Notes: generated by a model not told the origin, from the letters alone. Shown: positions 52,318-63,968, counted from the stretch's first letter. The stretch is 64,000 bases of DNA from Nitrospirales bacterium (GCA_963422365.1 OY729426.1:96001-160000); one strand, 5' to 3'. Program-made: numbers and translations.

Positions 52318-55300
52318 TCCCACCCGCAACGTCTCTTGCCGACGTTCGCTACCGATTAGCGAGTCACTCGACTCCCACCTTTTTTTTATCCTTGAACAAT
52401 AGCCGCGCTTCATTTTTCCCGACCTCGTAGTTTTTTCTCATAAACAGTAATGGTATTCTTAACGTCCCTATGGGAAAGACCGACAAATATACCGCTTCAA
52501 ATATCAACGACCCTGCCCGTAACCGCGCCTTACGCCTTATACAATACCTTCAAGCATTAGCTGACCTTCGTACGAAAATCATTCGAGACGTGAAAGACTA
52601 TGAGCATATTCTCTGGTTGCACGAAATTCCTCGTGAAAAGGAGTGTTTCACACAAGCATGGGGCCCCAATATGATGATCGTGAGCCAGATATCTGGATTG
52701 AAGTTCAAAAGAGAGACGAACCAGTTCGACCGAGGGTTCCGAAAGTCTGCGACACATGGGTGAACCAAGAAACGTTAAAAAATACTGAGAACTTCCCTGA
52801 ACTCTTCCCTACAATCAGCGTTGCAGTGGAAGAGCAAGATCAAAAAGAAGACACCTTGTCGCCAGCGTACGAAAAACGAAACCTGGAAGATTATCCCGAC
52901 GTTCGGAAAGCTTGGGACCGATACCGGAAAAATGAGTGGCTGCCCTGGATGGAATCACATCGCGATTGGGCCACTGTACAAAATGTCTACACCGAACTGT
53001 TCACCATCTATCAAGGACAAAAGCGTCTAGGCGAAGAATATGAATTGCTCGTGGGCATTGGTCTTCTGACCTGGCAAACGCCTTCGGGGCACACCGTCCG
53101 CCGACATCTTGTCACAGCAAAAGCCAGCTTGGGTTTCAAATCCACACTCGGCAAATTCGAAGTTATTCCAGACCCTGACGGCGCAAAACTCTCTGCCGAA
53201 TTAGATATGCTGGATGCCACAGAGCAACCTCTCCACGCTCAACAGTCGGCAATGGAAGGGTTGCGTTCCGCGGATGACAATCCTTGGGATCGCGCTTCTG
53301 TTGACGCCGTCCTCCATGCACTCGCAAAAAAGTTGGACGCTCTTGGCGAATACCACCACGCATCGCTGAAACCACGTCAATCGAAGGCTGACAAAAAACC
53401 CTTTGTCGAATTCGCTCCGGCACTGATTGTCCGAAAACGATCCTTAAAAGGACTTCAGGAAACCCTAGCTAAAATGTGTTCCCAAATAAGCAAGGGCGGT
53501 GAACTGCCACATGCATTTCTGGATCTCGCTGAAGGCAGAATAGACCCTGGAATAAGCGGGCCAGACACATCCGGTACGAATGGCACAGACAAAACGGAAC
53601 CACCAATCTATTTCCCCAAACCTTCTAATGATGAGCAACGCCGAATCATCAAGACCCTTGGTTCAACCAGCGGCGTGTTGGTACAAGGCCCCCCTGGAAC
53701 AGGGAAGTCTCACACCATCGCCAATCTTATCTGTCATCTCCTCGCAACAGGACAAAAAGTGTTGGTCACTGCCCAAACCCCAAGGGCCTTGGACATTCTG
53801 CACAATCATCTTCCAGAAAAGATTCGTCCTTTGTGTATTAGTCTCTTGGGGAGTGAAAGTAAAGAACAACGTGCGCTCGAGGCGAGTGTGAGCGGGATTT
53901 TAGATCGGCAAACGGAATGGAGTGAATCACACGCGACCTCAGAAGTGACCCGACTCAAGAAAAAACTCCATCAAGTACGGAAGGAAAAGGCTGAAACCGA
54001 ATTCAGACTCCGATCGATTCGAGAATCCGAAACGCGTGAACAGTCCATCCTAGATGGAGCCTATCACGGAACTGCAGCGAACATTGCACGACAACTCAAC
54101 CAGGAATCGACTGAATATGATTGGCTGACCGATCCCATACGGCACGACCAAGAAATGCCAATCGCTCCCAGGGACCTAGAAAAGCTGAGACAGGAATTAA
54201 CCAATTTCAGCCCCGAGTTAGAAGCGGAACTGAAATTGAGCATGCCTGACCCTAAACAAGACTGTATCGACGTGGAAAGATTTAAGGCACTTGTTCAACA
54301 AGAAATCGAAACAAGAGAAAGCCTGGAATCCGATCAGGCATTCTTGAATTCCCCAAGAGATACGATCCAACTGGTAGACATTCAGCACGTCCATCGAATG
54401 ATCGAGGCTATGGAATCACTGATCGCTGAGGTTCAAAGCATCAAAGCACTGCCCATGCCGTGGATCGAGTCAGCTATCCATGAGATGTTATCGGGCAATG
54501 ATCGACCCTGGAAGGAACGTCGCCGCGTCTCTGACGATCACTTGAGAGGGTTAAGCGAACGGGCGGAAAAAATTGATCGGCAAAAACTGGATGCTCCGGG
54601 CAGTCTTGACCGACAAAAGCTGTTAAACGATGCAAAGACTCTCAAGCAACATTTCGACCATGGTGGAACAATCCGGTGGCTGTGGTTCCTCAATAAGAAG
54701 ATCGTCAAAAACAACGAAAATCTCATCAGACATGTTCACCTTGATGGCCATCCGTGCGATACATCCGGAGTGCTAGAGAAGCTCATTGAATATCTCTCCG
54801 TAGAACAAGCCATTGAATACGTTTGGAATATATGGAAGGGAAAAGCTGACCGGCGGGAAGGCTCTTTTCTCATGCAGGTAGTGGAACTCGACGCACTCTT
54901 GCATGCCCTGACTCGGGTTATCGGTCTTGAGGATCCACTGGAGCATGCCAAAGCTCGCGTCCGACAGGATCCAAGAATACCCGAACCGGTGTGGCATGAC
55001 TTGGATGCTCTCAGGCAATTCCTCAATACCTGCCGATTTGTCATTCAAAAACGTAAACTGGAAAGCGTTCAAGAAGCATTGAGCGAGGGTATCTCCGGCA
55101 TTCGAGCCTTTACCCATCGTGAATCATGCCATCCTTCGGCACAAGAAGCTCTGGATTCCATGCGAAGCCGCGATGTGGAGGCCTATGAGAACATTGTGCG
55201 CCGACTTGTCGAACTTCAGCAATGGTCAGAACGGGTAGCGTGGACAGAATCGACCCTCGACCGCCTTAAGCCCATTGCACCGATGTTCGCAAAAGCATTG

Positions 55301-57082
55301 AAGGAATCCTGCCGAGACGAACAGTGGATGAACCGAATTCGTTCAGTGGAACAGGCTTGGAAGTGGACACGAGCATATTCTTGGCTTCGTGACTTTCTCA
55401 ATGCTAATGACGTTCCTGGCTTAGAACGGTGAGCAAAACAACTCGAGGAAGATGAGAGGGATACGCTGGCTACCCTTGCTGAAATGCAGGCCTGGACATT
55501 CTGCTTCACGCGGTTACAGGAGGAACATCGAAGACATCTGGTTGGATGGCAACAGGCAATAAAAAGAATCGGGAAAGGCACTGGCAAGAGTGCTCCAAGA
55601 CATCGCCGAGACGCGCAACAACATTTGAATAAATGTCGGGAGGCCATTCCTGCCTGGGTCATGCCTCTTCATCGACTGTGGGATACCGTCGATCCGTCAC
55701 CTGGCATGTTCGACGCGATTATCGTCGACGAAGCATCCCAATGCGGGCCGGATTCCCTCCCATTGATGTATCTGGGGAAAAAGCTCTTGGTTGTCGGAGA
55801 CGATCAGCAAATCAGCCCTGAGGCCGTAGGCATTGATGACAATAGTCGGCGCCAACTTATACAGGAACATTTGCATGACTTTGAACATGCTGATTCATTT
55901 GATATGGAAAGCAGTTTATTTGCCCATGGATGTCGCCGCTTTGGCAATCGGATTGTGTTACGAGAACATTTTCGGTGTATGCCCGAAATTATTCGATTCA
56001 GTAACGACCTGTGTTATCACGACACGCCACTTATCCCTCTCCGCCAGTATCCACCGGACCGACTGGAACCACTAACCATTATTCACGTGCCGAGTGGATA
56101 TAGGGAAGGGGATGGTGCAAGGGCCATGAACCGTCCCGAGGCCGAAGCCCTTGTGAAACGGGTCATCCAATGTTGTCAGGACGAACGTTACAACGAAAAA
56201 ACCATGGGTGTCATCACGCTTCAAGGCACGGCACAGGCTCAGATCATTGAAAGTATGTTGGTGAAAGAATTGGGGGCGGAGGAGATGGAAAAGCGAAGAC
56301 TGATTTGCGGCACTCCTTCCCATTTTCAAGGGGATGAACGAGAGATTATCTTTCTTTCCATGGTCGCCGCTCCCAACGAACGTATTGGACCTTTGACGAC
56401 AGAATCGTACAAAAGACGGTTCAACGTGGCGGCGAGTCGAGCCAAAGATCAAATGTGGTTATTCCATACGGCAACGCGAAACGACCTGATTGACGCCTGT
56501 CTACGAAAGCAGCTGCTTGAATTTTTCAACAACCCAGAAAGCCAAATTACTCAGGCACTTGGAGAAGAAGCCGAGCAATTGAGAGAAAAAGCACGCTTTG
56601 CTAACCGTGGAATTGAGAAACCACCAAATCCGTATGACAGTTGGTTTGAAGTAGACGTATGCCTAGCCATCGCTGCAAGAGGGTATCGGATCGTGCCGCA
56701 ATATCCGATTGCGGGAAAACACATCGATCTGGTCGTTGAGGGCAACAAATCGCAACTTGCCGTTGAATGCGACGGCGATCATTGGCATGGTGCAGACAAA
56801 CATCAAGAGGACATGGAACGACAAAGAAAGCTGGAGCGTGCGGGATGGAGGTTCTACCGAATTCGTGGAAGCTCCTTTAATGCCAATCCGGAAGCGGCCA
56901 TGGAAAGTCTGTGGACTCTGCTTCGGGAGCTGGAAATTTTCCCCGTCGGCTCTTCCCGCGATGCATCAGAGGAAACACCCAAGCCTGAAGAACAGCCTCA
57001 TCACAATCCTTTCGAGGAGTCGACACCCACCCAACCCGTTGCTGGACCTACTATCGAGGCAACGGTGCAGGAGGGGCACCCA

Positions 57083-57188
57083 GTAGAAAGTCAATCACTA
57101 CACGGAACAGTTTTAGATCTGGCCGGCAGCGCAGTGGCCGCGGTGGTGACACTGGTAGAAAGTCAATCACTACACGGAACAGTTTTAG
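57083..57188 (+). repeat. 34-bp perfect direct repeat separated by a 38-bp GC-rich segment
   Basis: GTAGAAAGTCAATCACTACACGGAACAGTTTTAG at 57083-57116 and 57155-57188; the 72-bp period keeps the frame. Confidence 0.95.
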
Positions 57189-57244
57189 GCTCCGCACCCA
57201 CCCCACAGGATGAGCAGACAGAAAACTTCGCTTCGGCAGAAGCT

Positions 57245-57409
57245 CTCTCGCTGACTTCTCGTCAAAAAGAAATTCTCCGACTCGTGGCCCAAGGTCACAC
57301 AAATCGAGAAATCGGCGAACAACTTGATATCAGCGTCCGGACGGTTGAAGTTCACCGATTTAATCTGATGCGGCGCCTCCGCGTGCGAAACGTAGCCCAA
57401 CTTCTCAGA
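57245..57409 (+). repeat. 165-bp copy of the LuxR HTH coding segment (paired with 62671-62835)
   Basis: Hand alignment: 150 of 165 nt identical, 53 of 55 aa identical. Confidence 0.95.
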
Positions 57410-58362
57410 AAAATGACTGATGAAGAAATTGAGTTCGATGGATAACAGGCACCTTACACCCATTGGCCAAAAGCCGTTCTTCCTGACCCTCAGTCCGCTA
57501 TCATTGATGAAATCATAAGCGGTCTCCTCGCAATCATTTCAGTGAAAGGACCAATCGTCTGTCACAGGGCTTATTTTTTGTATGCCGGAGCTGTCGATCC
57601 GCCAATAATGAAAGTGGTAAGACAAATCCGATCAACTTTTGATAAAGCAATTCGTCAAGCTTTACGACGGGGACTCATTGAAGGAACAGATGAACGCGGA
57701 AACCGTGAATGGTATTGCCTGATCGTTCGTAAGGTAGGCACGCCACCTGTGGTGGTGCGCAAACGAGGAAACAGGGACTTTGATGAGATTCCTCCTTCGG
57801 AATTGAGGGCGTTAATGAATGACCTTTATCGCCAAAATCTCAACCAAAACGATGATCAACTTCTTCAATCTGTAAGGGTCCGATATGATTTCGGACGGAT
57901 GACGTCTGATATGAGAAAGAAATTGTTGAGGATGAGAGGATGAAGCAGCAATATTTTCAATAAAGGTTCTCTGGCAAGGCGGTATCATCAAGTGGATGTG
58001 CCGACATTCGTCAACGACGTACGCACTCATAGACGGAAGACCGGTTGAATGGCGTCAAATTTTTCTTTGACTTCGGGATGTATTTTCTCCGGCAGCATCA
58101 CGGCAGCGATGTCATTGAAGCGGGTCTAAGGAAAGCCATGTAATCCGGCCGCATCCAGAATCGGCGGAATGACTGCTGTTCTCGCCTTACGTTGTTGCCT
58201 ATACGCGTCGACCAAAGGATTGGGCTTTAGGAAAAGGCAGGCGTGAAGGTCTGCTCCAGATAGGCCAACGTATCTTTCCTGGCTTCTGCCGAAAAAGCCC
58301 CGGCACCTACTTCCTTCTCAATAAACCGTTCCAGTGCTCTCGGGTGTACGAGCAAGGGCTAT

Positions 58363-59184
58363 TTACGCACGGCCATTGACTGACCAGAGATGGGAACAGC
58401 CAGAGGTATCCCGTTGGCTCCAGCGATAGATTGCATCACTGTAACCGTGGAGGATGGCCACTGTCTGATCACGAACCTGTCGAAATGTCTCTTACGACTC
58501 ATCCGTCAGCGGATCTGCTGACGGAATATCATTGAGTACAACGACTCTTTGCGCGGCTGGACGTGTTTCTTTCAGTTCCATCCATGTGAACGACACAAAC
58601 TTCGCCGTTTGTGACAAAGGGCTTCGAATGAGTTTGACGAGCCGCTCGGCTTTCCGTGGCAAGGGAATGACGAAGTCGATGGGATGTTCAACCGTGCCTC
58701 CTGGTATGGTTACATTTGCAGTATAAAGAACCTTCCGTTGATCAAGAAACTCGCCAACCAGTTCAAAAAAGTCAGTGAAAGTATAGGGAACGTGACTCAT
58801 CCAGAGATCATGAAGCCGCAAAACAGCAGTGAGTAAAAAATACGCGCGCGGAGAAAGGTTCGTCGCAGACGCAGCAGCTTCCAAACGCCCATTGGCAAGA
58901 CGAACGGCACAGCCGGCCCTTGCACGTTCGACCAAAGCTTGACGCCGCTCAGAATCCTCAATCTTGATCCCCAAGCATTGGAGGCATTCAATGGTGTCGC
59001 CGTTATCATGAAGAATATCATCTCCGTGATGGTGTTCGACATAGATCTGAATGCCGTCATGAAATGGATCCAGAAATGGTGTACTCAGTACGGAGACATC
59101 CCCTCGTTGGAAAGTCTTGAACCTGTCACGAAGCCAAGTGAGATAATCTTTGGCCAGATCTGGCTGTAGAAATGCGGGCGTCAT
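58363..59184 (-). pseudogene. DUF1828/DUF1829-like protein with premature stop
   Basis: YLTWLRD...STPFLDPFHDGIQIYV...LHDNGDT; after TAA 58492-58494 the frame continues ETFRQ...ILHGYSDAIYRWSQRD. Confidence 0.72.
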
Positions 59185-59599
59185 TTCAAGTCCATATTCA
59201 CTTGGATGCCGTTTGCGAAACTGGCTTTGATGATTGTAAGAAAATGTTCTAGAGTGACAGAAGGGTCCCTAAAGTCACACCAAGTTACTGGCTCTGCCCA
59301 GGCTAATCCAAAGCCCTCCCGAACGACATGCAAGTGTGATTGATTGAGAATTTCCGTTCCATCCGGAGTAGGGCGATAGGGACTGTTGTCGAGGCGAAAG
59401 AGGCCAATACCGCGGTCCTTGGTTCGACAGTGCAGCCGAATTCCAAATGGATTCCGTTTCATCGAAAGGATACATTGAAGTCCTTTATCCGTTCTTGCAA
59501 TCTATGAGTTCATTTTCCATCCTCTCTGCTTGCCAGTTTAGAGGATCAGATCTTGTTGCTTCTTTGGCGATCTCGATCTGCTTGCGCTTGCGTTAACAT
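59181..59599 (-). pseudogene. DUF6978-like protein, frameshifted
   Basis: MLTQAQADR start, frameshifts, then LFRLDNSPYRPTPDG...HLHVVREGFGLAWAEP; coupled (ATGA) to the DUF1828-like gene. Confidence 0.68.
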
Positions 59600-59810
59600 T
59601 CGTTCAAATTTTTCACAATCAGTAACTCGTTCCCTCGGTCGTCGATCACTTTCACGGCAATCTGCTTGTGCTCACCAGCCTGGAATTGGCGCACTCATGG
59701 TGCCTGAGAGATGATCCAAGACGCTTTCTTCACAATCACCCCTCAAAGCCTTTCGAATGAAAAGTGGCTTGGTACAGCCATGGAGTTTTGACCTCTTTTG
59801 GATCAAAACA
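59593..59810 (-). pseudogene. C-terminal remnant of a site-specific DNA methyltransferase (Mod-like)
   Basis: KALRGDCEESVLDHLSGTMSAP, frameshift, FQAGEHKQIAVKVIDDRGNELLIVKNL*. Confidence 0.7.
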
Positions 59811-59869
59811 AAGCCCTGACGGTGGGAATAAAACAGAATAATAACTCACACTGTAAAGAAATTCTTTCA

Positions 59870-62446
59870 TCACTCGTACCGCAACCCATCCGCGATGACG
59901 CCGCTGGTGGCCCAACGAGCCGGAAGATAGCCGGCAACCAGCCCCGTGATCCCCGCGATGAGCACGGCTTCCAGGATGGTCTTGAAGGGGAGGATCATGT
60001 GAATGGTCCACCCGAAGGACTGCTTGTTGATCACACCAATCAGCAAGGCTGCGAGTAAAACCCCACCAAGGATCCCCAGGCCCAACCCTAACAATCCCAG
60101 ACACAGCGATTCTCGAACGACCAACCCTTGCACCTGCCTCCTGCTTGCTCCAATCGCGCGAAACGTCGCAAACTCCCGTTGTCGTTCGATCACCGTCGTC
60201 AAGAGGGTATTCATGATTCCAAGCAGCCCGACGATCACCGCGACCACTTCCAACCCATAGGTCAACCGAAAGGTTCGGTCAAACACTTCCAGAATATCGG
60301 TCCGCAATTCTTTGTTGCTGATAATCGACACCGGCAAAAGCGGATCGAGCGCCTTTTTCAGATCCCTCCGTACGTGTTGACTGCTCACGTGAGGCTCCAG
60401 ATAAATTGCCAGCACCGTCGCGGTCGCATCACCCCACCATTCCTGGTAGATCGATCGGTCGAGAACCATCTTTCCACCATCCGTCGTATAATCGTAAAAG
60501 ACTCCCACCACCGTGAAATCCTTCTGCCCCATGGCAGTCGGCAAAGACAGCACATCGCCGACCCTGACCCCGAGTCGATGCGCGAACACTTCAGAAACCA
60601 CCACACCCTTTTCTTTGATCGCTTGGCGGAGACGGTCGGAAGACTCTCCGTTCATAAACAGGTATTGACTCCGTTCCGCATGCAGGGAGAGATCTCGCGC
60701 CACGAGAGAAGCCTGGGTGGATCCAACTGGAATGCGCACTTGACGATAGGGGTCAACGGCTGCTACGCCCGGGACCGCCCGGGCTCGCTGAACCGTTTCC
60801 GGTGAAAGAACCGTTTCGAATTGATGGGCATCCAATCCTTCAACGGGCGGGGTCACAATCAGATCCGCCATGAGGGTCTGATCGATCCATCGTTCAACGG
60901 TATCGCGGAAACTCTCTACCATTACTCCCACCCCCACCACGATGGCAATGCCCACCATAAAGGCCGACAACGTGACCCTAGTTCGTCCCGAAGACCGGAC
61001 AATCTGGTCGACGACAAGGTGCGCCATCGACCCCGAAGACGTTTTGAAGAAAACCGACGTTGCCAGACCCAGAAGATGAATGCCGAGAGGAGCAAGGAAG
61101 GTGCACCCCAGCAAGACACAAAACGCCGCTGCATATCCAAACAAGGGAAGCCCATTGACCGGACCAGATAAGGAGAGAACCCCAGCCACCCCCAATACAG
61201 CCATGGCCAATACAGTCCATCGACCATGATGATGGTGACGATTGGCTTCATTTTGCCCAGGAGCCAAGGCCAGAGCCGGAGCCGTCTGACTCGCTTCCCA
61301 GCAAGGTACCAATGCCCCCATCAAGGACAGAGCCATGCCCAATAGACCGCCTCCTACCAACACCAGAGGACGGAATGCAGACACTCCCTGAGCCTCCATT
61401 CCGTAGAGTTCGGAAACCGTTTCCTGCTCAAGCCCGACAAGCCAATGAGCCAAGCCGCTACCGAACACGGCCCCGAGTCCACCGCCAACGGCGCCGACTA
61501 TGATCGCCTCACCGAGAAACAACAGGCCAATCTGCAGCCGTACCATGCCTAGAGCACGGAACATGCCGATTTCTCGCCGATATTGCACAACAGAAAATCC
61601 TACGGCGTTGTAGACCAAAAACATGCCGACAAAGAGCCCGACCATACCGAGGGTGGTGAGATTCATCTGAAACGACGTGAGCATACGCTGCACCTGTGCA
61701 TTACGTTGTGATGAGCGCGTGACCAAAACCGAAGACCCTAGCCGTTCTTGAAGCTCCTGAATCACATGCTCCACCGATACGCCGGGGGTCGTCACGAGGT
61801 CCAATCCATCAAGCTGGCCCAGCCGCGCAAATTGCACTTGGGCAGCGGCAATATCCATGATGACCAGGGGTCCCCACCGCTTTTCAGTGCGGGCAAGCTG
61901 GAACACTCCACGCACGGTCGTTTGGAATTGACGCGAGCCGACACGTACCACCACAGGATCACCCCGGACCACCCCTAAGCTCGTCGCCACATCGCGGTCC
62001 ACAAAGAGTGCCTCGACACTGAGCAGGGGATCCAAGGAGAATTCCTGTTGCGGAGAGACTTGCCACTCGCCCGTCTTTTCGTTGACCAGCGCCAACATGT
62101 CCAGCCCCCACACTGTACTCATGTGGGTGTTTCCTTGATCCGTTTCGAGAGTGACTGATTGGGCAACATAAGGATGAAGGGTTTGGACGTCGGGATGCAC
62201 ACGGATCTGCTCAATGAGCGTTTCATCAATTCGATGTTCGGCTCCCGAGATATGAATCGTAGCCGCTCCCACCACTTGTCTCACGGTTCGTTGAAACGCC
62301 TCAAATACGGTTTGATTCGCCAGAGACATGGCCAGGGCGGCCGCCACTCCCACGCCGACTCCAACCACGGTCAGTGAGGTTCTGAAAGGTCGGCTCGTCA
62401 GGTGTTTGAAAGCCAAAATCCCGAATAGGAAGAGCCATTGTGACAA
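59870..62446 (-). CDS. ABC transporter permease with duplicated MacB/FtsX domains
   Basis: RREIGMFRALG, REFATFRAIGA, INKQSFGWT, terminal LRYE. Start is uncertain. Confidence 0.9.
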   Translation of the reverse strand: MSQWLFLFGILAFKHLTSRPFRTSLTVVGVGVGVAAALAMSLANQTVFEAFQRTVRQVVGAATIHISGAEHRIDETLIEQIRVHPDVQTLHPYVAQSVTLETDQGNTHMSTVWGLDMLALVNEKTGEWQVSPQQEFSLDPLLSVEALFVDRDVATSLGVVRGDPVVVRVGSRQFQTTVRGVFQLARTEKRWGPLVIMDIAAAQVQFARLGQLDGLDLVTTPGVSVEHVIQELQERLGSSVLVTRSSQRNAQVQRMLTSFQMNLTTLGMVGLFVGMFLVYNAVGFSVVQYRREIGMFRALGMVRLQIGLLFLGEAIIVGAVGGGLGAVFGSGLAHWLVGLEQETVSELYGMEAQGVSAFRPLVLVGGGLLGMALSLMGALVPCWEASQTAPALALAPGQNEANRHHHHGRWTVLAMAVLGVAGVLSLSGPVNGLPLFGYAAAFCVLLGCTFLAPLGIHLLGLATSVFFKTSSGSMAHLVVDQIVRSSGRTRVTLSAFMVGIAIVVGVGVMVESFRDTVERWIDQTLMADLIVTPPVEGLDAHQFETVLSPETVQRARAVPGVAAVDPYRQVRIPVGSTQASLVARDLSLHAERSQYLFMNGESSDRLRQAIKEKGVVVSEVFAHRLGVRVGDVLSLPTAMGQKDFTVVGVFYDYTTDGGKMVLDRSIYQEWWGDATATVLAIYLEPHVSSQHVRRDLKKALDPLLPVSIISNKELRTDILEVFDRTFRLTYGLEVVAVIVGLLGIMNTLLTTVIERQREFATFRAIGASRRQVQGLVVRESLCLGLLGLGLGILGGVLLAALLIGVINKQSFGWTIHMILPFKTILEAVLIAGITGLVAGYLPARWATSGVIADGLRYE

Positions 62447-62604
62447 AATTTGTTTCCCGAAATCTCGTTGTGGTAGTTTACGACAATCCAATTGAATTGT
62501 TGAAAAAGCCGACCAATGGACAGCTTGCTTTTGAAAAAATTTTGAACAATGCAACAAGTTCCTCAGGTTCAGATACAGCACTGAAGAAGACGCGGGCGTC
62601 TCTT

Positions 62605-62895
62605 ATGGCCACAGTCAAGCCAAGTCATCGAGAAATCAAAGGAAACTCGAAAGAACAAACTGAAGAGACGCTCTCTCTGACTGCTCGTCAAAAAGAAATT
62701 CTTCGACTCGTCGCCCAAGGTCATACGAATCGGGAAATCGGAGAACAACTGGATATCAGCGTCCGGACGGTTGAAGTTCACCGGTTTAATCTGATGCGAC
62801 GACTCCACGTGCGAAACGTGGCCCAGCTTCTCAGACAAGGGATGCGCTTACGCCTCATCCCGAAAAGTACCGTTCCCACAAGTAAAGCCCCCTAA
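62605..62895 (+). CDS. Stand-alone LuxR/GerE-family HTH transcriptional regulator
   Basis: LTARQKEILRLVAQGHTNREIGEQLDISVRTVEVHRFNLMRRL; no receiver domain. Confidence 0.92.
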   Translation: MATVKPSHREIKGNSKEQTEETLSLTARQKEILRLVAQGHTNREIGEQLDISVRTVEVHRFNLMRRLHVRNVAQLLRQGMRLRLIPKSTVPTSKAP

Positions 62896-63029
62896 CCTGG
62901 TGCTTTTTGCTCCATCCGAAAATGTCCCTTGAAGGTTGCTCGAACGAGCCAACAACCGGCCTGTCTTTTGCGTGGAGCACAAAGAGGAAAGAGGTTGGCG
63001 GTCACACGTGGGAAAACGGGGATTTGGGG

Positions 63030-63968
63030 TCAGAGTTCTTGTAACGTTCCGCGACATTCCAAAAGGGAGCGGTACCCCTTTTTGTCCAAAATTTCGCTGA
63101 GTTCCTTTTCCAACCGTTGAAAGACCCCGACACCTTCCTCGACGAGTGCCGTTCCAATTTGCACGGCGGAAGCCCCGCATAAAATATGTTCAAACACATC
63201 CGTACCCGAGACAATCCCCCCTGTTCCAATAATCGGCATCCGGCCATCGAATACCTTCCAAAACGCCCGCACATTCGCTAAGGCCACGGGTTTAATCATT
63301 GTTCCACCAAGACCGCCAAATCCGCCTTTCGGCTTGATCGCCACGCATTCCTTCTCCGGATCGACCACTAACCCATTTCCTACGGAATTAATGACTGACA
63401 GAAAGTCGACCCCAACGTCTTGTAACATCCCGGCCGTGGCTTCATGGTGCACCGGATCAAAATACGGAGGGAGCTTGACCCCCATCGGCACGGTGATGAT
63501 GCCTTTCAATTGCAGAAGGAGCGAGCGTGAGGCTTCCAAGTCATAGCCGATTTGCGGCTTTCCCGGGATATTCGGGCAGGACAAATTGACCTCGATGAGG
63601 TCAGGCCGAACGGCCGTGATCGCTTGAGCCGCTTCAAGAAAATCCGGCGTACCGAGCCCGGCGATGCTCGCAATAACGGGTTTCCCAAACCTTCGAAGAG
63701 TTGGAATGATCGCGGCATAGGCCGGATAACCGAGATTCGGCAGCCCCATGGAATTGATGGATCCCCCTGGAAAACTGCAATACCGGGGCTCCGGGTTTCC
63801 TTGCCGGAAAGCCGGGGTCATGGACTTGGTGACGATTGCCCCGCTCCGGGATCGGCCTAAGTGTTCCAGCTCTTCTTGGGTCACGCACAGGGCCCCCGCG
63901 GCATTCATCAGACAGATTGAAAAACGTACATCGGCAAGCGTGGTCGAAAGATCCATGGATGATCTCAT
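63030..63968 (-). CDS. pyrD: Dihydroorotate dehydrogenase, class 1A-like
   Basis: MNAAGALC, GNPEPRY, GSINSMGLPNLG, NLSCPN, KLPPYFD, KPVALANV. Confidence 0.93.
   Translation of the reverse strand: MRSSMDLSTTLADVRFSICLMNAAGALCVTQEELEHLGRSRSGAIVTKSMTPAFRQGNPEPRYCSFPGGSINSMGLPNLGYPAYAAIIPTLRRFGKPVIASIAGLGTPDFLEAAQAITAVRPDLIEVNLSCPNIPGKPQIGYDLEASRSLLLQLKGIITVPMGVKLPPYFDPVHHEATAGMLQDVGVDFLSVINSVGNGLVVDPEKECVAIKPKGGFGGLGGTMIKPVALANVRAFWKVFDGRMPIIGTGGIVSGTDVFEHILCGASAVQIGTALVEEGVGVFQRLEKELSEILDKKGYRSLLECRGTLQEL

Larger units (their letters stand above)
52470..57943 (+). pseudogene. Large SF1 (DNA2/Upf1-like) helicase + Vsr/DUF559-like endonuclease + LuxR HTH + DUF3320-like tail; disrupted
   Basis: QGPPGTGKS, VDEASQ, VGDDQQ, LREHFRC, FQGDERE, RFNVAASRAK, IDLVV..AVECDGDHWH..DMERQRKLE; frameshift at GGGGCCCC 52660-52667; in-frame TGA 55430 and TAA 57443. 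Confidence 0.88.

Noticed and set aside
55430..55432. Selenocysteine or recoded TGA in the helicase
   Set aside because: The context fits a CGA>TGA change in a helical region, the gene also has a TAA and a frameshift, and TGA ends normal genes here (lysS, trpS).
57083..57188. CRISPR mini-array
   Set aside because: Only two repeats, a weak internal palindrome, in frame within a CDS, and no leader or cas genes in the window. Kept as a direct repeat.
57944..58362. Possible gene remnant between the helicase and the DUF1828-like gene
   Set aside because: Only short interrupted frames with no recognisable motif.
57245..62835. DGR template/variable repeat pair (the two LuxR copies)
   Set aside because: Differences are mostly at third codon positions and are not adenine-specific; there is no reverse transcriptase in the window.
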